DNA of 51,083 nt from Chiloscyllium plagiosum (GCF_004010195.1 NC_057728.1:49937308-49988390), one strand, 5' to 3'; positions 34,475 through 46,965 are shown, counted from the stretch's first letter. Program-made: numbers and translations. The notes: generated from the letters alone by a model not told the origin.

Positions 34475-35567
34475 AGGAAACTAGGGCACTGGGGTTTGGA
34501 CTGGGGACTGAAAACTGTGCTTCAGTATTCCTGGTATTTAATTGGAGGAAATTTATCTTTTATTAAAATTGGCAGAGTTCAACACAATAGTTCAGGAAGG
34601 GTGACAGCCAGCTGTAAAATTGATCTGTGATGTGCGAAAACACACCAAGTAAAGAGAAAGGAATTTTACCAGCCCTTTGTCGAATATGACCTTTTAAGTG
34701 TACGTTGTTCGTCAAAAAGATAGCGGCTGCTTCAGAACCTGTTTATGAGGCATTTTGATGCTGGGATGAGAAACACTCAACGTACAGTCAAATAAGCAGA
34801 CTTTGATCATGACAGATCACAGCCTGCTCATGGTGGTGGTCATTGAAATGCTATTGCTAATAAAAGCTTGTTCCTGATGTCAGAGTCGGAAAAAATGAGT
34901 AACTTCACCGTGGGAAATAAAATGAGAAAGAATCGGCAAACTAATTTAGAGAAAATGAGACCTGGGTTCTAAGAAAGAATGAATAACTACACCAGTGCTA
35001 TAAATCTGCCTCAGACAGATGTGACCCTTTCGCTCTGACAGATGTCACCGAATCCTCCCAATTCTTAACTGATGTCGGGAAAGTATGGCAAAACCAGAGA
35101 AATGAGGTTCTCGATGTTGAGAAAATAATTTCCCACCCCAAGATTGGGTAAGAATTTTGCTTGCCAGCAGCAAGTAGCCTATTTGTATAGTCTTTACACC
35201 TCATTATTACCTGATCTTGCCTTATTTAAATACAGTTTGCCATTGTCCCACAGGGTGGAGAGAAACTAGACAGTGATATGCGTATCCCGGTGAGTACCAG
35301 GTGCTGTTCGCCCCTCTGGGCCTCCAGCATTCCCTAACAACTCTGGGCATACTCCATAGGCAACAACGGTTTCCACTAGATGTTTACGGAGAATAGCATT
35401 GGACACATACCAGTCTCACCACATCATCATGGCATATCTCTGATCCACTTAGAATACCATTACCCACTTCAATGCTGCACATTGGGGTGCCCAAACACTT
35501 TGCGTTTGTTATGTTGCTGCCAGACCACTTTGTATGTAGCAGCAAGCACCCATGTCATGACATGGCT

Positions 35568-36035
35568 TTCGATTTGATACTATTATTGTCACATGTACCT
35601 CGTGAAACGTTTTGCGTGCAGTACAGGCAGATCATGCCATACAAAGTGCATTAAGGTAATAGAACAGAGCGAGGAATACACTGATACAGCTGCAGAGAAG
35701 GTGAATAAAGAGCGAGTTCAACATTTAAATTTGAAGCATGTGAGGTCCATTCAGAAGTCTGATAACGGCGGGGAAGAAGCTGTTCTTGAATCTGCTGGTA
35801 CGTGTGTTTAAGCTTTTATATCTTCTGTCTGACAGAAGAGGTTAGAAGAGATTCTAAGGTCGGAGGGTTTGTTGACGATGCTGGCTGCCTTCCTGAGGAA
35901 TGAGGAGGTAGATGGAGTCAATGGATGGAAAGTTGGCTTTTTGACAGACTGGGCAGTGTTCCAACTCTTCAGTTTCTTCCAGTCCTGGGCACAGCAGTTG
36001 TTGTATGAGTCCGTGATGATCTGGATAGAATGCTT
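35568..36035 (-). mobile_element. Rex1/Babar-type LINE 3' fragment
   Basis: The reverse complement ends gtacatgtgacaataat. ORF 35808-36044 has NCCAQDWKKL...LRKAASIV, homologous to 8630-8900. Confidence 0.8.
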
Positions 36036-37640
36036 AGTGCTCACTCACTCACTTTGTGTCTATTTGGATGCTCACAGCATCTCTGCCTTGCCTTTTTGTG
36101 TTGTGGCGCCTCATTCACACTTCACAGGCTCACAGTACGTCTGTCTTGTCTTGCTGTTTAGCACAGGCATGAAGCCAGACAGCTTGTCATGGTTACCAGC
36201 AGTGAACTATCAAGGGGGTGGACATATTGCTGTACAGCAACATGTTGTGTCAAAGTTGCACCTACAACACGTGCCAGCAGCTTACGTGTCACACACACTG
36301 CATGTTCTTCAAGCCAGTGACCCAGTCTCCAACTCTAATGAGAATTGTCTACAGGTGAGTTAATGGGGACTATCTTCTATAAAAGTGTACTGACAGAGTA
36401 AGTCAAGGGCATTATTTTATCTCAATACAGGGGCTTAGACACAATCTGGTGGCTGCTTTATTTGTCAAGGGATGGGGATCTGTATTATTATAGTTTGGGG
36501 AATGAATCAGGGCCACTACTTCAGCTCCAGTGCAAACGGTTGATGAATTAATGGCAAGTCAGACACGGAGCTGAACAGAGATCAGTCAGGGGTTTGGTTA
36601 CACATCAGTCAGTGGTGTCTTTCTAAGTTGATCATGAATGTTAGGGCCATGGTCAGTCTAAGGGGTCTGTTCACTGAAAGACAAGGGGGTGGGAGTTATC
36701 AGGGGCCACTGTTGAGGTGGACAAGTTGGTCGAGCTAATTGTGCATTTGGAGTCAACGGGGGGGGGGCATGGAGATGATAATTGTAGAGGGAGTACAACT
36801 CAATATAAAATGGTGAGAGATAATAGGGAAAAGGAGGGCAAGGGGTACTGTGCAAGCAGAGGGGAGCGCAGATGACTATTGATGGTCATCACCCCTGGCT
36901 TTGAAGAGGGGAAAAGGGCCTGACCAAGCTATGTGGATGGGACTCTGAAGGTAAATCTTGAGGGGGTGTGAGGAAATGAAATTAATAGATTGCATGGAAA
37001 CATGGGGAAGATCAAAGTGGATAGGATTGACAAGGAGTGCAAGGCAGAAAGGAACATGAAGGTTTTTGCATCACATGGAGAGAGGCTAAGCTTGTGACTC
37101 ACTCCATGAAGGGCAACTCTTGACCACATCTTGATCCAACTCACAAATGGAGAATGAAATGGAAAATAGCTGCCACCACACCTGGAAGGGCCTATTAATT
37201 GTTTACTTGTCTCTGAGGGCACTGCAGTGCCAACTTGCCTCTGTTGGGTACCTCTGTGGAAATTCTTCTGAAGCTTCAACAGTGAAGGGCAGCTCCTAGT
37301 CGATAGCGATTGAGCTTGCAAAGAGCTGAAGTTTAAATATGGCACTGAGCAGAGGGTTACTGACAGGTCATGGCCAAGTCTTTGGTGAAAGGCTCTCATG
37401 GTCAGGAACGAGAGACCATATCCCGGGTCAGACACAGCCCAAGTGAGTCAATAGTTCAGGGGCTTTGGAAGCAGTGTGGGAATTTGGTGCTGAAAGGAAG
37501 AGGTGCTTTCTGTTTTCTCTCTTGACTCATTGTAAGGTATTGTTTTGGAAACAGGATAAATTAAAGCCCGGGATTGGGGACCTGGCACAAATCACAAGAA
37601 AGCCATAAGTTAATTGGTTAGCTGCCAATTCAACTATCTA

Positions 37641-38280
37641 CAGAGGAACCTCGATTATCCAAATATCGATTATCCGAATTTCAGATTATGTGAAGAGGAT
37701 TTCAAGGTCCCACAAAAACGTTACATCAAAGAGGTAAGTCTATTCGATTTACCTGGACTGAAGAACATGTGAAAACGCTGGCGAAAACAAAGAAACACAA
37801 GCAGCTCAAGTTCTATAGGTAAGAGTTAGTTACACAGCCCTTTGCAAAAGTAAGTGCTTTAGAGGATATTCCTCTCACTTTTCCAGGCCATCCATGAAAA
37901 AAATGGCAGAGAAAGTAAACAAATGCGCGAGGCGGTGCTTTTGTCTTTCTATGGCGACACTGAGTTCCCGGAAACTGACCACGCTCTTGTGATTGTAAGC
38001 TGCTCAGGGCATTGTTTAATGCTGAGATGTCACATACAGTATTTGTGTGATGGTAAGGGTTTAATCCTTCTCAGTTTAACCTGTAATTTGCAGAATGAAA
38101 AGATTAGTTTGTTTAAATAGTAGACTCATTAAAATTATAAATTTAAACAAATTCTCCGGTAGAGCACAGCGTTAGATCAGTATGGTTTCCCTTGTTTAAG
38201 GTAAAATCGATGTCCGAATAATCAATTATCCGAACGAAACAGTGCCCGCCCATCTCATTCAGATAATTGAGGCTCCTCTA
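37641..38280. mobile_element. Tigger/pogo-type non-autonomous DNA transposon (640 bp), same TIR family as 24853-25060
   Basis: ta-cagaggaacctcgattatcc ... gataattgaggctcctct. Confidence 0.85.
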
Positions 38281-38559
38281 TTGTGGTTTATTTTCAGAAT
38301 GAAGGTAAATAGGAGAAATATTTACATTGCAAGCTGAAAGACCAGTAGGAATTTTTTAAAAAACAAATTAAGTACTAAGTAAATGAAATAGAGGTGCAGG
38401 GCCAGGTAATGAGTTGTACCGGAATGGCGAGGGAGCTGATGGACACCATGTGGTTCATGGTTCATCTGTAGCAAGTGTTGGTTTTTTTAAGGAACTGCAG
38501 CTCAGAGGTGATAAGCTGGCATCTGAGCTGGAGATCCAGTAGAGGCATAGATTATTTTC

Positions 38560-39235
38560 TAAAGGGGAAGGGTATCAGAAATCTGAAATGCAAAGGGCTT
38601 TAGGAGTCCTAGTTCAATAGTGTCTTAAGGTTAACACGCAGGTGAAATCGGCAGTTAGGAAGGCAAATGCAATGTTAGTATTCATTTCAAGAGGGCTAGA
38701 ATACAAAGAAGAGAGATGTACTATGGAGGCTGTTTAGGCTATCGGACCACATTTGGAATGTAGTGAGCAGTTTTGGCACTGTATGTAAGAAGGGATGTAT
38801 TGGCCTTGGAGGGTGTCCAGAGGAGGTTCACGAGAATGATCCGGGGAAGAGGGGCTTATCATTCAAGGAGCAGTTGAGGACTCTGGATCTACATCCGATG
38901 GACTTTAGAAGGATGAGGGAGGATCGCAATGAAACTTATAGAATTCTGAGCAGTTAGAGCAGATGTGGAGAAGATGTTTCTTTTAGTAGGAGAGGCTAGG
39001 ATCTGAGGGCACAGCCTCAGAGTGAAGGGATGACCTTTTAAAACTGGAATGAGGGGGGAATTTCTTTAACCAGACTCTGTGAAAATCATTGCCACAGATA
39101 GCCATGGAGGCCAAATACTTCAGTGTGTTGAAGACAGAGATAGACAGGTTCTTGAGAAACATAACAGCCATGATTGAACGGTGGAGCATTCCAATGGGCA
39201 GAGTGGCCTCATTATGCTGCTATATCTAATGACCC
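38560..39235 (+). mobile_element. CR1 3' fragment
   Basis: gcagttaggaaggcaaatgcaatgttag...ggagggtgtccagaggaggttcacgagaatgat...gagggcacagcctcagagtgaaggg. Confidence 0.85.
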
Positions 39236-40590
39236 TGTGCTCAGTGATCACTGGTGATCATAAGATGGTGCAAAAGTGTGCCAGAAAAGCATGGTGCCTA
39301 CACAATGAAGTGAGGCAGGGTAAAATTGCTTCAGATAATTCACTGTATCGCATGGACAGAAACCTTATGTGATTGGCATATCGTTAATTTTTGATTAAAT
39401 TCACCTTTTTTTGGCTTCTTTTGATATTTTAACAACTTTGAATAAACAGGCTGTGAAGGGAAGAACAAAGATATTTAAAAATCTTTCGTGAAGTGAATTG
39501 TACCTATAATGCCTGCCAATTAAACTGCCCATGTTTAAATTGATCAGTTTTAAAAGCGTGCGCATCTGTAAAACCATTCCTGCAATTTGTAAAGTTGCTG
39601 CTGAAGGTCTCTGAATGAGACAGCTCTTCAGCTTCCCTTGCAGTCCGTTTTAACAGTGTCCTTGGCAGTATTCAGGGAAAGTGATTGTTATTCAAAATAT
39701 GTTAAAGGTGTCTTGGTCAAATCGCAACATTTTTGGTGCAATGGATTACATTCGTTTTTGTGCCCTGTCTGATTTGTAACTGTGCATCGTTCAGCAGAAA
39801 GATTCACAGTTGAGGTGGAAAACTGTACAACAACAGCATCAATGGGCATTTATATAGCATTTTTAATACAAATGAAACATCCAAGGTTGCTCTTTCTCAA
39901 CATCCAATGTCCCAAACACTCATTTCAAGTGAAATCATTTGGAGTTATTTTTAATTTTGGTATATTGTATTCCCTGGTCAGATGGAACCATTGAAACTAG
40001 GAGCAGGAGTACACTGCTCCACCCTCTGAGACTGCTGGATCATTAAATATGACACAGGCTTATCCTCTATCTTAACAGCATATTCCTGCATTTTCCCCAA
40101 CCCATAGGTGCCTTTAAATTTAAAAATGTATCTTTGTCATTCTTAAATGTGTTAGCCTCAACAGCCTTCTGTGATGGAGAATTTCACAGGTTCTCTCCTC
40201 TGTCCTCATATCAGACCCAAGTGGTCTACCCATGGCCTGACACTCTCTAACTAAGGAGAACATCTTGCCTACATCGATTGTGTGCTGCCCTGTTAGAATA
40301 TATACTTATCAATCAGATCTTCTCTCATTCTCTAAACTCAAATTTCTACAGCCCAGTCAAACAAAAGTCTGACCATACAACAATCCTGCTATCCCCAGTG
40401 AATCTCCACTTCACTCCCTCTACGGCAAATATATCCTTCCTCGGGTAAGGAAATCAAAGCTGCATGCTATACGTCAGGTGTGGCCTTACTGAGGCCTTGT
40501 ATAACTGCAGTAAGATATCCCTCCTTCAGAACTCAAATCCTCTTGCAATTAAGCCAAAATGCCATTTGTCTTCTTAATTGCTTGCTGCAC

Positions 40591-40806
40591 CCTTCATTGA
40601 TTGGTGCACAAATATACCCAGATCCCTTTGTACACTCACATTTATCACCATTTAAACAATATCCTTCATTGATTGGTGCACAAATATACCCAGATCCCTT
40701 TGTACGCTCACATTTATCACTATTTAAACAATAAGCCTCATTGATTGGTGCACAAATATACCCAGATTCATTTGTACACTCACATTTATCACCATTTAAA
40801 CAATAC
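40591..40806. repeat. About 72-bp tandem triplication inside CR1
   Basis: tcattgattggtgcacaaatatacccagat...atttaaacaata x3, near identical. Confidence 0.95.
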
Positions 40807-41302
40807 CTTTCATTTCAGTTTTTCACACAGAAGTGCACTATTTCTCATTTAGCTATGTTGTAAGTGTTTGCCCACTCACTCAACTTGTCTAAATCATCTA
40901 GAAATCTCCTTGCATCTTCCTCAAAGTTCACAATCCAGCCAAGTTTTGGGTCAACAGCAAACTTGGAAAAGTTGTATTTGGTTTCCTCATCCAAATCATC
41001 TAAATATTTTGTGAATATCTGGGGCCCAAGCACTGATCCTTGTAGTGACCTTCCAATCATTGCCTGTCACCTGGAAAAAGACCTATTTATTCCCACTTTC
41101 GGTTTTCAGTTAATCAACCAATTATCAATCCATGTTAATATATTACCCCGTCTGCTTTACCCCACTAATCGTGTAATAGGGAGTTTATCAAAAGCTTTCT
41201 GGAGTCCAAATATACCACATACACTGGTTCTCCCTTCTCTATCCTATTAGTTAATCCTCAAAAAACTTTGTTAGATTTGTTGAGCGTGATTCACTTTTTG
41301 TT

Positions 41303-41436
41303 TCATTCCTGATGAAGGGCTTATGCCCGAAATGTTGACGATCCTGCTTTTCAGGTGCTGCCTGACCTGCTGGGCTTTTCCAGTTCTACATTTTTCAAGT
41401 CTGACTCTCCAGCATCTGCAGTCCTTACTTTCTCCA
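41303..41436 (+). mobile_element. PLE pLTR with hammerhead motif (CTGATGA 41309-41315, GAAA 41329-41332)
   Basis: tc-CTGATGA-a-gggc-ttat-gccc-GAAA-tg-TT-ga...gctgcctgacctgctg..ttttccag..ctccagcatctgcagtcc. Confidence 0.8.
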
Positions 41437-41559
41437 TGACTTGCCTATTATAATACCGTGCTAGCTTTGTCTAATCCCATTAATGTCTTTGGAAATAGAC
41501 TTCAGCAATTTTCCCACTACTGATGTTAGGCTAACTAGTTTATAATTCTCACAGCACTG

Positions 41560-41685
41560 GAGTTCTGAGGAAGGGTCACTGGACCTGAAATGTTAACATT
41601 GATTTTTCTTCACAGACCTGCTGAGCTTTTCCAGCAATTTCTGATTTTGTTTCTGATTTACAACATCCACTGTTCTTTCGGTTTC
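41560..41685 (+). mobile_element. PLE pLTR with hammerhead motif (CTGAGGA 41565-41571, GAAA 41587-41590)
   Basis: gtt-CTGAGGA-ag-ggtc-actg-gacc-t-GAAA-tg-TT-aac. Confidence 0.75.
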
Positions 41686-41735
41686 TAGTTCCTAGTTCTG
41701 AATTTTTTATCCCCGTCCTCCCTTTTTACCCTATA

Positions 41736-41790
41736 CAGGATACTCGAGTATGAGTCGATCTCATATAAAAGTCGACCCCCTATTTTTGGC
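41736..41790. mobile_element. Isolated Tc1/mariner (Tc2-like) terminal fragment
   Basis: ta-caggatactcgagtatgagtcga...aagtcgacccc resembles Tc2-type ends. No partner TIR was seen. Confidence 0.4.
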
Positions 41791-41859
41791 TGGGATCGAA
41801 ACCGGTTCCCTGGCACTGTGAGGCAGCAGTGCTAACCACTGAGTCACTGTGCCAACCAA

Positions 41860-43175
41860 TGCCAAAAGACTGGAGAGTGGCTAATGTTGTGCCGTTTTTT
41901 AAGAAAGGCTGCAAGGAAAAGCCAGGGTACCACAGGCCAGTGAGCCTGAGGTCAGTGGTGGGTACATTGTTGGAGGAGATTCTGAGAGGCAGGATTTACA
42001 TCATTTGGAAAGGCAAGGACTGAATATAAATAATCAGCATGGCTTTGTGCATGGGAAATAATGTCTCACAAACTTAATTGAATCTTTTGAAAAGGTGATC
42101 AAGAAGATAGATGAAGACAATGCCTTCGACAAGGTAGAGTGGACTGGTTAGTAAGGTTAGATCACAGGGAATCCAGGGCAAGCTAGACAATTGGCTACAG
42201 AATTGACTTAATGGTAGGAGACAAAGAGGGGCAGTAGAAGGTTGTTATTCAGACAGGATGCCTGTGACCAACAGTGTGCCACAAAGATTGGTGCCAGGTC
42301 CACTGTTGTTTGTCATTTATATAAACAATTTGGATGAGGATGTAGGGCTTATGGATATTAAGTTTGGGGATGACACCAAAATTGGTGGTATATTGGACAG
42401 TGAAGAAGGTTATCTAAGGATCTTGATCAACAGGGCCAAAGAATGGCAGATAGAGTTTAATTTAAATTAATGCAAAGTATTGCATTTTGGTAAAGCAAAC
42501 CAGGACAGGACTTACACAGTTAATGATAGTGCCCTGAGAGTTTTGTTGAACAGAGAGACCTGCAGGTGCAGGTACATAGTTCCTTGAAAGTGGAGTCACA
42601 GGTGGACAGGATGGTGAAGAAAGCATTTGGCACATTTGCCTTCATCGGTCAGAGCACTGAATAGGGAGTTGAGGTTTTGTGTTAAAGCTCTACTAGACAT
42701 TGGTAAGGCCACATTTGGAGTACTGCGTACAATTCCAGTCACCCTGCTATATGTAGGATGTTATTAAACTAGAAAGGGTGCAAGTAATGATTTACAAAGA
42801 TGATACAGAGACTGGAGGCCTTAAAAAATAAGGAGAGGAGTAGTTGAGGAGTGACCTTATAGAGGTTTATAAAATCATGAGGGGCATAGATAAGGTGAAT
42901 AGCCAAGTGCTTTTCCCCAGGGTTGGGGAGCTCAAAACTAGAGAGTGTAGGTTTAAGGTGAGCGGGAAAGATTTAAAAGGGACCTGTGGGGCAAATGTTT
43001 CACACAGACGGTGGTGTGTATAGGGAACAAACTGCCAGAGGAACTGGTAAAGGTGACGACAATTGCAACATTCAAAAGATATTTGGACATGATTAGGAAA
43101 GGTTGAGAGGGATATGCACCAAATTCAGGCAAATGAGGCCAGTTCAGTTTAGGGAAATAGGTCGGCATGGACAAT
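41860..43175 (+). mobile_element. CR1 ORF2 RT pseudogene fragment to 3' end (an HE1 head on the minus strand precedes it at about 41790-41855)
   Basis: PKDWRVANVVPFFKKG..KPGYHRPVSL; VPQRLVPGPLLFVIYINNLD..KFGDDTKIGG. Confidence 0.9.
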
Positions 43176-43449
43176 ATTGAGTTCATCAACTTTGGATCGT
43201 AGCCTCTTCCTCCATCTTGTTTTGTGTTATGTTTTGCTGGCTTGTTAATTTTTTTTATTCCTCGTGTTTCATTCACCTGGTTTCTATGTATCATTCTCAC
43301 TTCAACTGGACACAACTGTTTCTGTATCCATTGCCACTCCTTTTGGGTTTTTGCATCAGGAAATATCTTGTTTGTTAACCTCTCTCACCATTCACCCCAG
43401 CACAAGCCTTCTTGCCACTTGTGCTGGCTTACAAAATTTCTAACTTCCT

Positions 43450-43590
43450 CCTGTTCTGATGAAAGGTTGTCAACCAGAAATGTTCACACTGTTTCCCTCT
43501 CTGTGGAAGCTGCCAGTCCTGCTGAGTATTACCAGCATTCTTTCAGTTTTGCTTCAGATTTCCAACATCTGCAGTACTTTACTTTTGTAT
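43450..43590 (+). mobile_element. Degenerate PLE pLTR with hammerhead-like core (CTGATGA 43456-43462, GAAA 43477-43480)
   Basis: CTGATGA-aa-ggttg-t-caacc-a-GAAA-tgtt...gctgccagtcctgctgagtatt...cagatttccaacatctgcag. Confidence 0.65.
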
Positions 43591-43684
43591 TCCAAGGTTT
43601 CTGAGGAGTGCTATAAAACAAAGATATAAACCAAGAAACATAAGGAACTATCAGACCGAATGAGCAAAAGATTTAAAACCCTGA

Positions 43685-43997
43685 GGTGGGACAGTCCATA
43701 ACTAGAGGGCATAGGTTTAGGGTGAGAGGGGAAAGATATAAAAGAGACCTAAGGGTCAACTTTTTCACGCAGAGGGTGGTACGTGTATGGAATGAGCTGC
43801 CAGAGGATGTGGTGGAGGCTGGTACAATTGCAACATTTAAGAGGCATTTGGATGGGTCCATGAATAGGGAGGGTTTGGAGGGATATGGGCCAGGTGCTGG
43901 GAGGTGGGACTAAATTGGGTTGGGATATCTGGTCGGCATGGATGGGTTGGACAGAAGGGTCTGTTTCCATGCTGTACATCTCTATGACTATGACTCT
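43685..43997 (+). mobile_element. CR1 3' end (relatively intact)
   Basis: TRGHRFRVRGERYKRDLRVNFFTQRVVRVWNELPE...FKRHLD, with tail ctatgactatgactct. Confidence 0.93.
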
Positions 43998-44139
43998 AAT
44001 AAGGAAAGAAAGCGAGAGGGAGAGAGTTCCAGAGGTTGAAGCCTGGGAAACTGAAACACAGCTACCATAGCAATTATGATTGGGAATGCATCAGAGGAAT
44101 TAAAGAAGTCCAAATATAGGGTGACACCCACCCCCACTA

Positions 44140-44356
44140 CAGCCCCACCATATTCGCAGAATCAGTTTCCGCGGTTTCAGGAATCCATGGTTTACCGCAG
44201 CCAGACCATATTATAGGGAACGTTCCAGAACCAGGGACCAGGAGGCTGCTGGGAAGGTAAATTTCCTATTGAAATGAATGGACTTGGTCCTATCCACAGT
44301 TTCAGGCTTCCGCAGTACGTCCTGGAATGTACCCCCTGGGTACGGGGGGACAACTG
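44140..44356. mobile_element. Tigger-type MITE
   Basis: ta-cag..ccccaccatattcgc ... ctggaatgtaccccctggggtacggggggacaactg-ta, with TA flanks. Confidence 0.65.
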
Positions 44357-44648
44357 TACATCAGTCTATACCTGAACTAACCTCCCTTTGATGGCCGGCC
44401 ATTGCCCATTTCCTGCTTTACTGTCCCAGTCTTTGATTCTGGTCTATCTATGCTAATGTGCTTTTCAAATTACTTTAAGTGCGTCTCTTCCAATTAGGTC
44501 TTCGCACTGTTGATTTTTCTTTGTTCCTTCCGATAACTAGATAAAATCTAACTATATTATGGTCAATTTTGTCCAGATTCTCTGCCACTGTAACAAATTT
44601 CATTTGATCTAGTTTAATCCCAGCATTAGATCTAACACTGTTTCTATT

Positions 44649-44779
44649 AAAAATCACACAACAACAGGTTATAGTCCTACAGGTTTATTTGGAAGCACCA
44701 GCTTTCAGAGCACCAGCTCATTCGGCCTAATAGTTCCTTATGTGTCTTGGTGCGTACCTTGTTTTATAGCACTCCCCAT
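44649..44779 (-). mobile_element. Chimeric insertion: PLE 3' terminus plus a 60-bp inverted copy of local DNA, 13-bp TSD
   Basis: TSD cactgtttctatt at 44636-44648 and 44780-44792. 44716-44775 is the reverse complement of 43605-43665. Confidence 0.85.
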
Positions 44780-45863
44780 CACTGTTTCTATTCTTCTTGT
44801 GCTAGAAACACATTAATTAAGGAATTTCTCCTCAACATATTTTCAGAATTCATTTCCCTTTGTCTGCTTGCTTCTTGGTCCCTATGAAGGTAACTGATGG
44901 ACTCAATGGTCACAGCTCCAATAATGCAACATTTATCCAAATGGTGTCTCGAGGCTTGCTACTCTTATTATTTGAGTCTCTCTAGTTAACAGCCAACAAT
45001 ATAACAACTTCTTTTCAATGAATGATGAACTGACTTCTAATAAGTGCACTATTTCAGCTCCAGGCATGAGTCTAATTACATCAAAGCATAAATTGGTCAC
45101 AGCCTTTGGAACTTTAACATTTCCTAATTTAATGGTTATTGCAAATGGTTCTTATTTAGAATTTTATAGTAATTTATCAAATGCCACCTCCCTGCAGTGT
45201 CACACATATGTAAATTAGGTATCTCAACTGGCTGCCTGCAAACTAATGCATTGACATCATGGTGTTAATAAACCCACATCTAATATTGAATCCTGATGTA
45301 CAGCGAGAAGTACTGCACGTTACCTGTGAATTTGACCCTGTTATGTTCTAAATTAGTTTGGATAACATTGCTACTGGATTAATCATTTATTGTCTTGCAC
45401 TAATTATGCTGTTAGTGTTACTGCAGCATTTCCTGTAGATCCTCTGTGAAAGCAGCCAATGTCTCTTCCAGTGGAGACCATTTCAGACCAAGTGCCACAA
45501 AGCTCCAGAGAAATCAGCGAATTGGTTCATCAGCAACACTTAATGCTGCAGAAACGAAACAGACTATACCTATTTCTCGGCCTTTCAGAATTAACAATAT
45601 GGTCTCATCAGTGGGGTTAGGATTAGGGTCACTAGGAGGGCAGTGCTAATGTTAGGATCACTGGAGTTAAATTCAAAAGCTAAGAGTGTTTTAACAGAGT
45701 CCAAGTTCATCCTTTCAATGGAAGCTTTATGTCAGTTAACTGTACTCCATCAAACTCCTGACATTGTGACATTCCTAACATTGGAACACTCCCGACACTG
45801 ATATTTCCAACACTGGAACACTCTCAACCCTGGGACATTCCTGACACCGTGATATTCCCAACA

Positions 45864-45985
45864 CTGATGAAGGGCTTTTGCCCGAAATGTCGATTTTCCT
45901 GCTCCTCTGATGCTGCCTGACCTGCTGTGCTTTTCCAGCACCATTCTAATTTTGACTCTAATTTCCAGCATCTGCAGCCCCTGCC
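45864..45985 (+). mobile_element. PLE pLTR starting at the hammerhead core
   Basis: CTGATGA-a-gggc-tttt-gccc-GAAA-tg-TC, flanked by attcccaacactg on both sides. Confidence 0.8.
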
Positions 45986-46351
45986 ATTCCCAACACTGGA
46001 ACATTCCTAACACTGGGGCATTCCCAGCACTGGAACAATTAAAACATTTGGATATTCTAAACACTGGAACACTCCCAACACTGGAACACTCCCAACACTG
46101 GGACACTCCCAACACTGAGATATTCCCAATACTGGGACAGTCCCAACATGGAACATTCTCAATACTAGGATATTCCCAGTACTGGAACATTTCCAACACT
46201 AGGACATTCCCAACATGGAACATTTTCAACACTAGGACATTCCCAACACTGGGACATTCCCATCACTCAAACACTCCCAACAGTAATCATGGGACATTCC
46301 CAACACTAGGACATTCCTATTATAGAATACACATACATTGGAATACTTTCA

Positions 46352-46708
46352 GCATAGAGTCATAGAGCATGGAAACAGACACTTTAGTCCAGTTCATCAG
46401 ACATTCCAATCTAAACTAATCCCATTTGCCAGTATTTAGCCCATATCCCTCGAAACCTGTTTCATTCATATACCCATTCACATGCCTTTTAAATGTTGCA
46501 ATTGTACCAGCCTCCACCATTTTCTCTGGCAGCTCATTCCATTCATGCACCACACTGTGGATGAAAATGTTGCCCGTAGGTCCCTTTTAAGCCTTTCCTC
46601 TCTCACTTTAAACCTATGCCCTCTGGTTTTGGATTCCCATACCCTAGGAAAAGGACCTTGGCTATTCACCCTTACCATGTCCCTTATGATTTTATAAATC
46701 TCTATAAA
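46352..46708 (-). mobile_element. CR1 3' fragment
   Basis: IEIYKIIRDMVRVNSQGPFPRVWESKTRGHRFKVR, with tail catagagtcatagag. Confidence 0.9.
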
Positions 46709-46886
46709 CATTTCAATCACTCGAACACTGCTAGTGTGCCGAAATATTCCCAACACTGGAATATTCCCATCACTCAAACACTCCCAACAGTAATCATGAT
46801 TTGGAGATGTCAGTGTTAGACTGGGGTGTACAAAGTTAAAAATCACACAACACCAGGTTATAGTCCAACAGGTTTAGTTGGAAGCA

Positions 46887-46921
46887 CACTAGCTTTCGGA
46901 GCGCTGCTCCGTCATCAGGTG
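46887..46921 (-). ncRNA. Minimal hammerhead ribozyme motif
   Basis: Reverse complement: cac-CTGATGA-c-ggagc-agc-gctcc-GAAA-gc-TA-gtg. Confidence 0.72.
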
Positions 46922-46930
46922 GTTGTGGAG

Positions 46931-46965
46931 TACCTGATGAAGGAGCGGCACTCTGAAAGCTAGTG
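46931..46965 (+). ncRNA. Minimal hammerhead ribozyme motif
   Basis: tac-CTGATGA-a-ggag-cggca-ctct-GAAA-gc-TA-gtg. Confidence 0.65.

Larger units (their letters stand above)
39990..41550 (-). mobile_element. CR1 ORF2 fragment (degenerate)
   Basis: ORF 40845-41060 reads QGSVLGPQIFTKYLDDLDE....SKFAVD..LG...DDLDKLSEWAN. Confidence 0.85.

Noticed and set aside
33850..34566. 238-aa ORF
   Set aside because: Artefact of translating through the N gap.
36600..37450. 168-aa minus-strand ORF or possible ancient transposon remnant
   Set aside because: I could not recognise any motif in the frames examined, so it is left unannotated.
45750..46365. 151-160 aa Trp/Cys-rich ORFs
   Set aside because: Read-through of the 17-bp minisatellite and a PLE fragment.
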